Below are positions 39,560 through 46,301 of a DNA stretch of 46,301 bases, one piece after another. Position 1 is the stretch's first letter. Each line of letters starts with the position of its first letter. Source of the stretch: Candidatus Desantisbacteria bacterium CG1_02_49_89 (GTDB lineage: Bacteria; Desantisbacteria; UBA1551); the NCBI GenBank assembly GCA_001871075.1, contig MNUP01000051.1, positions 1-46,301 on the forward strand, in the 5' to 3' direction. Position numbers and translations under genes: made by a program. The notes beneath the pieces are model-generated. The model saw nothing but the letters and a program-made list of their open reading frames with translations. It ran no database searches and was not told the origin of the DNA.

Positions 39560-40603
39560 TTACCCTATTTTAACCCACTTAGCGCTTCGGCCGATGCCCG
39601 TTGACTTTATCTTGCCATCATCTCTTAACCGGTGCAAAACTATCCTTATCATATCCCGGGTTACATTAGGGCAGGCATTCTCGACATCAGCAATGGAAAA
39701 CGGTTTAATGGATCCTTCTACGGCTGATCTGACCTGCTCTGTCTTCGAGCCTTTCCCTTTGAAAGCGGCAAACCTGGACTCAAATTCCTTATACGCAGCT
39801 ATCAGGGTGCCGTAGAAATACCTGAGCCACGGAAAAACATCGTGCCTGCCTTCCTGCCAGCCTTGCGAAGACCTGAGCAGGACCTCATAGTAGTTTTTGC
39901 GCGTTGTCTCGGTTATCCTTTCCAGGCTGATATACCTGCCCACCCCGTATCCGGCCTTGTAAAGAAGCAGGAGGGTCAGAAGCCTTGCTATCCTGCCGTT
40001 GCCGTCAAGGAACGGGTGGATGCACAGGAGATCGAGGATAAAAAGCGGTATCAGGATAACCGGGTCAGGAAATTCCTCTTTTACGCGGTTGTTATAAAGG
40101 GATAGCAGTTTGTTCATGAACAAAGGCGTGTCTTCGGCTGAAACCGGGCGGAAGCGGACGGTCTTTGAACCGTTGGGCTTTATTTCCACTATCTCGTTGT
40201 CCCATTTTTTCCAGGCGCCTGATTGTACCGCGGTGTAGCGGTAGATCATTGAATGCAGTTTCAAAATAGTTTCTTCTGAAACAGGTATGTCTTTATAGCC
40301 GCTGTGTATAAGATTAAGCGCGTCTCTGTAACCCGCTATTTCCTGTTCGGGCCGGGTGCGGGGCTGCGCGCCCTTTTCAACAAGCTCTTTGATCCTTTTA
40401 AGGGGCGCGAAAACTCCCTCTATCCTGTTTGAGGATTCAGCGCTTTGTATTATCGCGCTCTCAAGCAATTTTTCAAGGGTTTCAGGGGACTGCCTTGCGA
40501 ACAGCGCTTCCCTGCCCCTGTATTCCCCTATCGCTCTGATATCTGACAGGATCCCTGCCGGGAATTCTAATTTTTTTAGGAAACCATCCTCTATCGATCT
40601 CAT
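39560..40603 (-). CDS. Fic-family protein (adenylyltransferase)
   Basis: HPFLDGNGRIAR catalytic loop, N-terminal SNRIEG inhibitory motif, C-terminal wHTH. Start reassigned to MRSIED behind a CAAGGA SD. Confidence 0.92.
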   Translation of the reverse strand: MRSIEDGFLKKLEFPAGILSDIRAIGEYRGREALFARQSPETLEKLLESAIIQSAESSNRIEGVFAPLKRIKELVEKGAQPRTRPEQEIAGYRDALNLIHSGYKDIPVSEETILKLHSMIYRYTAVQSGAWKKWDNEIVEIKPNGSKTVRFRPVSAEDTPLFMNKLLSLYNNRVKEEFPDPVILIPLFILDLLCIHPFLDGNGRIARLLTLLLLYKAGYGVGRYISLERITETTRKNYYEVLLRSSQGWQEGRHDVFPWLRYFYGTLIAAYKEFESRFAAFKGKGSKTEQVRSAVEGSIKPFSIADVENACPNVTRDMIRIVLHRLRDDGKIKSTGIGRSAKWVKIG

Positions 40604-40708
40604 TTTTATTCCTTGCACCTCGGAACCACGGAACTTCGGAACCAATATCAGTTTTTAACAAATGACAAAAGACTAATGACAAATGACTGCTTCTATATAT
40701 TAAAGTTT

Positions 40709-40736
40709 ATTATATCTCTTTTTATGGAAAAAGCAA
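40709..40736 (-). promoter_or_regulatory. Possible sigma70 promoter for fic
   Basis: TTGCTT-16-TATAAT. Confidence 0.4.
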
Positions 40737-40740
40737 GGAA

Positions 40741-40771
40741 AAATAAAAAAACTGCCAGTTTCCCAGCAGTT
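40741..40771 (-). terminator. Intrinsic terminator after the DUF1598 gene
   Basis: ACTGCTGG-GAAA-CTGGCAGT followed by a T-run on the minus strand. Confidence 0.7.
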
Positions 40772-40852
40772 CCTTACAGTTGCGCTGATACGTTGACACA
40801 TTGACACGCTTTAAACCGTGGACCATTGACCGTGGACTGTGGACTGCCTAAA

Positions 40853-42238
40853 TCAGAAATCCCAGTAAAGCGTATTCGCAGCCGGTCTTGTTTTCAAAAC
40901 CTTGTCCTGTATTTGCTCGGGCTTCCCTGGGGCAGCTGCTGGAGCGGCCCGCCCGGCATTAAGCCGGGACGAGGTCTCGCCCCGATGGTCATCGGGGTGG
41001 ACTGAAACACTTTTACCGGTTTTGCTAACTGAACCAGTTTTGACAGCTGGGGCACTTTTAACGGCTTTGCTTCTAATGAAATTACTTTTGCTGATCTCTA
41101 TTTCTATCCCGACCCCGCCGCAGCTTGGCAGCCACAGCCTGTAGGTTTGATAGCCGTCCTGAAGGTCTATCCTGCTTTCATATTTCTTGACATTGGTCCG
41201 CCCCGGCAAAGTCCGGTCAACAGGAGTTTTCGGGATCGAGTATTGCTTTAAAAAATATCCCAGGTCCAGGCCTGACTTTTCCTGGGCAGACATGTATTTC
41301 ATTACCTTGGCGATGGCCACAAAACGGAAAAGATTCTCAAGCTCAACGTAGATCGGCCTTCTTGCCGCTATCTCGCTGTATTTCTCCGAAAAAGCCTCTG
41401 TGAACTTCAGGGCGAGCGGGCTTCCGCCGCCGTAACCCGCGATCTTTCCCTTGTTCAGGTATTGTTCTTCGGTAAGAAGTATTACCGGGCATTTTTCGAT
41501 CATGACCGCGTTATCTTCCTCCCGGTAAAGGTTCTTCCCGGGAAAGAACCAGAAACGGTTCAGGGAAAAACCCGAGAACGCAGCCTCTCCTTTCTGGATA
41601 GCGTTTTTGGCTTCCTCCATTGTCATATCCATAAGGCTGGAAAAACCGGGTATATCCGGGTTATCCGAACCGTTTACCAGGCTTTTCATGTCATAGTCCG
41701 CTTTTACCATAACCCGGGCAAAATGAGTGTCAAAGGGAATGCCCAGCACGCGGACCGCCTGCGGGGATTTGCCGATCCTTTCCCATTCAACGATATATTC
41801 TTCTTCGGTGATACCTGAAGGATCTTCCCTGTTCTTCTTCCCCAGCGCGAAAAGCCTCTGGATAACCGCGGGGTCCGGGTCGATCGAACACCCGGGATTA
41901 GCATAGTAATTCGTTTTCCCGCGCAGTTCGGCGTATTCATACCAGGAATTCCTGAGCGCTACCGCCAGGTCCTCGAGATAAAGAAGCGGCGCCCCGGGGA
42001 TCACGCTGCCCACCAGGATAATATCCTTGTTTGCCGCGTCGATAATATAACCTTCGACCGTGTTCAGCCCGCCCAGCCGGGTGATCCCGTCAGGAACAGC
42101 TCCGGTCTTATCGAAGATTTCAAGTTTCTGCTGAAGTGTTTTCAGAGAAACAGCTCTTTTTGCCCCGTAGGTGCTTCCCGCTGCCGCAGCGCTTAAAATA
42201 AAAACCAAAAAAATTATCAGCAGTATTTGCTTTTTCAT
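40853..42238 (-). CDS. DUF1598-like secreted protein
   Basis: Signal peptide MKKQILL, GCSIDP, FARVMVKADYDMK, RFWF, GGV. Confidence 0.7.
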   Translation of the reverse strand: MKKQILLIIFLVFILSAAAAGSTYGAKRAVSLKTLQQKLEIFDKTGAVPDGITRLGGLNTVEGYIIDAANKDIILVGSVIPGAPLLYLEDLAVALRNSWYEYAELRGKTNYYANPGCSIDPDPAVIQRLFALGKKNREDPSGITEEEYIVEWERIGKSPQAVRVLGIPFDTHFARVMVKADYDMKSLVNGSDNPDIPGFSSLMDMTMEEAKNAIQKGEAAFSGFSLNRFWFFPGKNLYREEDNAVMIEKCPVILLTEEQYLNKGKIAGYGGGSPLALKFTEAFSEKYSEIAARRPIYVELENLFRFVAIAKVMKYMSAQEKSGLDLGYFLKQYSIPKTPVDRTLPGRTNVKKYESRIDLQDGYQTYRLWLPSCGGVGIEIEISKSNFIRSKAVKSAPAVKTGSVSKTGKSVSVHPDDHRGETSSRLNAGRAAPAAAPGKPEQIQDKVLKTRPAANTLYWDF

Positions 42239-42400
42239 AGGAACAACGCTTTTACAACCACGAATTTTCACGGATTTCCACGAATCTTCTAACATTTTCT
42301 CTTAACATCGTTTTCTAACATCTTTTCGTAACATCTTTACTTAACAATCCTGGCGACGCACGATGTTACGATGTTACGATGCACGGTATTTAAGCTAAGG

Positions 42401-43039
42401 CTACCGTCTTCTACTCTTCGTCTTTTCCAGAAGCTGCTTTTTCTTTTTTTCTATTCTCTGTTCTTCCGCAGAGGGCTGGGCTGCCGCTAATCCGGCGATC
42501 TTCTGGGCAAGATTTCTGACCGCGGGCAGCAGATTCTCTTCTGTGCTTGCCTCTTCAGCTTCCGCTTTCTCGATCTTCCCTGACTCTACATTGACAATTT
42601 TTACGTTGAGAATATAGACGTTACCTACTTTCCCGATAGAGCCGGTAAACATCTTGCGCACTCCGAGCAGCTGCCCCAGTTCCACGATGCATTCCTGGCT
42701 CGTGCAGCCGGACATCTGGAATTTCTGTTCTTTCAGGATAGATTCCATGTTCTCTCTTGTGACTATATTGAATTTGTTCGTATTTACAAGCTGGGTGCGC
42801 AGGTAATCCGAAACAGTGGATACCATGCCCGCGGAAACCCCTTCCTTTGCATCCAGTTCCATTACAGCCGCGGTTGTTGTTTTGGTATCCGCAGCTGTTG
42901 TTTTTGTCTCCGCCGCTTGCCCTGAACCTGCCGTGTCCGCCAATTTTGTTGGGTGGAAGCCTGCGAATGGTTCAGCGGCGCGGCAGTTTACAGAAAAAAG
43001 TATCAACAACCCGGTTAAAAGATATAAGTATTTTTTCAT
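42401..43039 (-). CDS. CsgG/HfaB-like (TolB-N fold) secreted protein
   Basis: F.IVTRENMESILKEQKFQMSGC...ELGQLLG...GSIGKVG...VESGKI. Confidence 0.75.
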   Translation of the reverse strand: MKKYLYLLTGLLILFSVNCRAAEPFAGFHPTKLADTAGSGQAAETKTTAADTKTTTAAVMELDAKEGVSAGMVSTVSDYLRTQLVNTNKFNIVTRENMESILKEQKFQMSGCTSQECIVELGQLLGVRKMFTGSIGKVGNVYILNVKIVNVESGKIEKAEAEEASTEENLLPAVRNLAQKIAGLAAAQPSAEEQRIEKKKKQLLEKTKSRRR

Positions 43040-43183
43040 TTTATTCTCCCTAATAGATGAAAAACGAATAGTGGAATTCGAAAACACACGGCTAAACAGT
43101 CCGAGAATATTCGAAGAAAGATGTCAAGACCTGACTCCAGCTTCCGAAAAGTTCGTGGCGGGAAATGGTTCAGTGGCCTGTCC

Positions 43184-43786
43184 CTATTTTACTATTTTTC
43201 TGTTGTGCAAGGCATACGCCTCGTCGATAAACTGCTCCATGGTCTTTTCCTCAATAACCGATGGTTGTTCATAATTGATCTTGTATTTCTTCATCATCCG
43301 CACTTCCAGTTCCTCATTGGCTATCAACCCGCCGTCCTCCATTATGTGCTTTACCTTAACCCCTCTCTTGGAGAGATAATGGGACACGAGAGCAAACCTG
43401 TGGCACACAAAAGGATCGTCCTCGGAACACATTATGGCCGTCCTGCGTTGTTTTTTAAGAAGCTCCACCACCCGGCCCAGCCCACTCTGAAAAGTGAGGG
43501 TCCTGCTCACCTTCTCGTAATCGACGACCCTGGTATCGTTTATAAAAAGGGATGGGTTGCTGTAATGGTCTCCTAAACGATCTCCCATATAGATATATTC
43601 TATCCCCGAATACGCCAGATCCTTTGCCAGCGGTTCCCTGTTGAACTGCTGAAGAACCCAGTTGCTGTGGGGATTACTCCGCACGTCTACGACATACCCC
43701 ACCTGGTGCTTGCTGAGGAGCCTGACGAAATAATCTATGTCGTGTCTGGAATGCCCGATTGTGTAACAGATCAGATCATCGTTCAT
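43184..43786 (-). CDS. DUF488-family protein
   Basis: YTIGHS, VDVRSNP, MCSE.DP..CHR. Start reassigned to MNDDL. Confidence 0.88.
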   Translation of the reverse strand: MNDDLICYTIGHSRHDIDYFVRLLSKHQVGYVVDVRSNPHSNWVLQQFNREPLAKDLAYSGIEYIYMGDRLGDHYSNPSLFINDTRVVDYEKVSRTLTFQSGLGRVVELLKKQRRTAIMCSEDDPFVCHRFALVSHYLSKRGVKVKHIMEDGGLIANEELEVRMMKKYKINYEQPSVIEEKTMEQFIDEAYALHNRKIVK

Positions 43787-43809
43787 TTTTTTAGACCTTG
43801 TGATTTTAT

Positions 43810-44010
43810 TTAATCGCCCTCTTTTCTTCTTTTCAGACGGTATATTATCCAGATAATGCCGGAAACGACAAACCAGATGCCGAAAACAAGCGTCATCGTG
43901 AAAAATACCGGCTCTTCGACCTTCCAGATGCCGTATACCACATTGTGCAGAACAGCGGAACCTGCCGCCGCTCCCAGGAACCAAAAGGGATTCTTTATTC
44001 TTTTCAGCAT
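43810..44010 (-). CDS. Small membrane protein
   Basis: Two hydrophobic segments, LHN..YG...EEPVFF. Confidence 0.55.
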   Translation of the reverse strand: MLKRIKNPFWFLGAAAGSAVLHNVVYGIWKVEEPVFFTMTLVFGIWFVVSGIIWIIYRLKRRKEGD

Positions 44011-44185
44011 GGCGGCTCATGTCCTTTATTTAAACCCATGACCCATGACACATGACTCATGACTGTATTTAAAAGGCCCGTCCCGGCTGCATTTTATAAT
44101 CACCGTCCCTAAAGGACCCCTGCGTCTTGCTTTCATTAGAAAGCTGCAGGGGTAATCATCTTCTGATAATCACTGTAATCATTCT

Positions 44186-45079
44186 TTATTTAATGCTTTC
44201 GTCCGCCAGTATCCCGTAACCGGCGAAGAAATTGTCGAACAGTTTCGAGAATTTGGGCCAGTATTCCTCGATATTCTTGTAAGTGCCGTCTTTGTCCTTG
44301 TTCTTCCAGTCGTCCTTTTTTATCCCCGGCCCTCCGGGGATCTTAAGGCAGGCGGAAAACGCCAGCACTGTTTCTTTTCCTGATTTACCTGGAGCGTATA
44401 TCTCCACAAAGCAATCCCCTATCATTATGTCATCGTTCGTATAGCGCAGCAGGACCACCTGCACGACCATTACCGCGTCAGCGCCGGCTTCGGTGACCAG
44501 GGCGGGGAATAATTTCTTCCTGTTTTCTTCGCCGTTTAAAAATTTCAGGCCCAGCGCCGGGCTCATCCACTGGTTCTGGTTCAGGTATTCCCACCAGGCC
44601 CCTCCTTTTCCGGAAGAATGCGGCGTGATCCCGGTATAATATGTCGTGTCCAGCGCCTGGTATGACGCGCATGAATTAACCGTTTCCACCGGGAGGATCT
44701 CTATTTTCGCGGGCTTAAAATTGTTCTGGAATGACTGGGCTATAAGGGGGGTGAGCGCTTCCACCTGCGGTTTTGACTTGCCGATTATGCTCTCTTTCGC
44801 CGATTCCGTGGCGACCATTTCCACTATTCCAAGCAGTCCGCTGCCCCACCCTCCGAAGCCGAAAACAGCGTACCTGACATTAAATGCCGCCAGCGCGACC
44901 TTTTTGGGTATCGCGGCTATCTGCCCCTTGGTGGCCTTGAAATCGGTCACCACCCTTATGTTGTCGTTGATCCACCTTTTCGCCTCCTTGTCGTTATCAA
45001 ACGCGAACGCTCCAACCATCGGCAAAAACATCCCGATAAAAATAAACGCTGCTGCTGATACTACTGCTGATCTTTTCAT
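44186..45079 (-). CDS. Secreted hypothetical protein
   Basis: GGAGG SD and signal peptide MKRSAVVSAAAFIF. Confidence 0.65.
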   Translation of the reverse strand: MKRSAVVSAAAFIFIGMFLPMVGAFAFDNDKEAKRWINDNIRVVTDFKATKGQIAAIPKKVALAAFNVRYAVFGFGGWGSGLLGIVEMVATESAKESIIGKSKPQVEALTPLIAQSFQNNFKPAKIEILPVETVNSCASYQALDTTYYTGITPHSSGKGGAWWEYLNQNQWMSPALGLKFLNGEENRKKLFPALVTEAGADAVMVVQVVLLRYTNDDIMIGDCFVEIYAPGKSGKETVLAFSACLKIPGGPGIKKDDWKNKDKDGTYKNIEEYWPKFSKLFDNFFAGYGILADESIK

Positions 45080-45088
45080 TTTTCCTCC

Positions 45089-45254
45089 TCGAAGCGCCAT
45101 TGACACAGCTCTGGCGCGAAGATCCCTGTGTTAAGCTCCGAAGGAGCTACAGGGACCGAAGAGTCATTCGCTAAGTTCTGACTCGTAGATCCCTGCGTTG
45201 AACTCCGAAGGAGTTGCAGGGACCGNNNNNNNNNNTCCGAAGGAGTTGCAGGGA
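45089..45254 (+). repeat. Head-to-tail array of 67-bp family 1 units spanning an N gap
   Basis: Units at 45089-45155 and 45156-45222. A third unit starts at 45223, and a unit ends at 45254 after the 10 N. Confidence 0.85.
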
Positions 45255-45436
45255 CAAAACATCATTAATCCATTAATCCTTTAATCAAACTGTTTCTAAT
45301 GCCAGGACACCCTAGCCTTATACCTTACTTTTAATGCAATGATTACAATTATAGTATACCTAATTTTGCAATAAGTTAAGGAAAAAGCATACTTTTAAAC
45401 TTAGAGACGCGGACAAATGACTGTCTTATTCTTGCT

Positions 45437-45838
45437 TTACTCCAGGATCCGGATGAAATCTCTGGGTGAAATTATCCGGACATCTCCGTAAATGCCGAGT
45501 TTCCTTAAGTGGCTGTCTCCGGAAACAATATAATCTGCCCTGCTGCACACGGCGCATTCAAGAAATTTATTGTCTTCCGGGTCGATTTTTATCAGGTTGA
45601 TACTTCGGGAGGGTGCTGTAAAAACAGCGGATTTCAGAATGGCTCTATTCAGGTCCTCGATTAATTGCGTGCTGATACCTTTCCTCAAAAGAACTTCTTC
45701 GTATTCATCCAGGATGGGACCGGAAACCGCCAGCTGGAAAATTCCGGCGATCCACAAGTCTATGACTCTTGCGCAAAGACCCATGGATTTGAGATATGCC
45801 GATACAAAAACATTGGTGTCAATTACCGCTTTGAGCAC
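45437..45838 (-). CDS. PIN-domain toxin
   Basis: VIDTNVFVSA, E..E, DPEDNKFLECA, IVSGD.HL. Confidence 0.9.
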   Translation of the reverse strand: MLKAVIDTNVFVSAYLKSMGLCARVIDLWIAGIFQLAVSGPILDEYEEVLLRKGISTQLIEDLNRAILKSAVFTAPSRSINLIKIDPEDNKFLECAVCSRADYIVSGDSHLRKLGIYGDVRIISPRDFIRILE

Positions 45839-46040
45839 GGCTTTTTCTCATCTTCTGGATGAAATAATTGATCCGCCCATCGGAAACCCTGTCAAGCCTC
45901 AGTCCCTGCGCCTGATTCCTGATTTTTGCAGTGATGGTTTCGATATCGCTCTCAAGCCTTTGCCAGAGAAGAATTTTATCCTTCGGCTTCAGCTTCTTTA
46001 CCGCCGACACGATTTTATCCACGGTTATAACCTCTGACAT
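45819..46040 (-). CDS. Putative antitoxin
   Basis: 73 aa ORF upstream of and overlapping the PIN gene, AAAGGAG SD. Confidence 0.65.
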   Translation of the reverse strand: MSEVITVDKIVSAVKKLKPKDKILLWQRLESDIETITAKIRNQAQGLRLDRVSDGRINYFIQKMRKSRAQSGN

Positions 46041-46124
46041 TTCAATTCTCCTTTGTTTTGGGATTTTTCATTAAGGTCTTCTGATCGGCCTGCGCGCAAC
46101 GTTTGATGTATGATAATTTTAAAT

Positions 46125-46153
46125 ATTATACCACACATTCGGCACAAAGTCAA
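46125..46153 (-). promoter_or_regulatory. sigma70 promoter with extended -10 for the TA pair
   Basis: TTGACT-17-TATAAT with TGn. Confidence 0.7.
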
Positions 46154-46161
46154 GCGCCTGC

Positions 46162-46187
46162 AAAAAGGGGGACAGTTGTCCCCTTTT
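46162..46187. terminator. Possible bidirectional intrinsic terminator
   Basis: AAAAAGGGGGAC-AGTT-GTCCCCTTTT. Confidence 0.55.
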
Positions 46188-46301
46188 ATTCTAACTCCTG
46201 AACTCCAGGACTTGCTGTTTTTCAACGCAAGTTAGTAACTACAATCTTTTCTTAACTTTCAGCTTTCAGCCAAAAATTGGGCATTATCCCAATTTTTACG
46301 A

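Noticed and set aside
5410-45079. Integron cassette array (co-oriented genes separated by hairpins)
   Set aside because: No consistent RYYYAAC...GTTRRRY attC boxes and no intI. Housekeeping genes (clpB, pyk) lie in the run.
45089-45254. CRISPR array
   Set aside because: No invariant 25-40 nt repeat with 30-40 nt spacers. The variable part is a 12-nt loop, the stems covary and there are no cas genes.
1-46301. tRNA or rRNA genes
   Set aside because: No cloverleaf with a T-loop GTTCRA and acceptor stem, and no rRNA-like stretch, was found.

Overview
A 46.3 kb bacterial region in which every credible gene lies on the minus strand. From the left: the 5' end of an IS630-type element, then an AT-rich block of lexA, a DNA adenine MTase, an AlwI-family type IIS endonuclease and a second MTase, behind a consensus sigma70 promoter that carries an SOS-box-like operator. 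Next come a DUF559 nuclease cassette, clpB, and about 30 kb of predicted glycan-degradation and sugar-metabolism genes (GH99/WbsX-like, GH50, GH28, GH5-like, beta-propeller GH, esterase, sugar isomerases, UroD-like, short pyruvate kinase, DUF6785-type transporter). The right end holds Fic, DUF1598, CsgG-like, DUF488 and a PIN toxin-antitoxin pair. The most unusual signal is non-coding. Almost every intergenic gap is a mosaic of 7-11 nt period tandem repeats next to stop codons, often ending in a conserved (C)AAGGA head. These are colonised by a superfamily of 27-75 bp hairpin elements whose stems covary between copies. The elements insert without target duplication, nest up to three deep, form a tandem array at an assembly gap and insert in-frame into clpB and a DUF1598 gene. 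No cognate HUH/Y1 transposase is encoded in the window. Product calls come from motif recognition by eye, not database searches.
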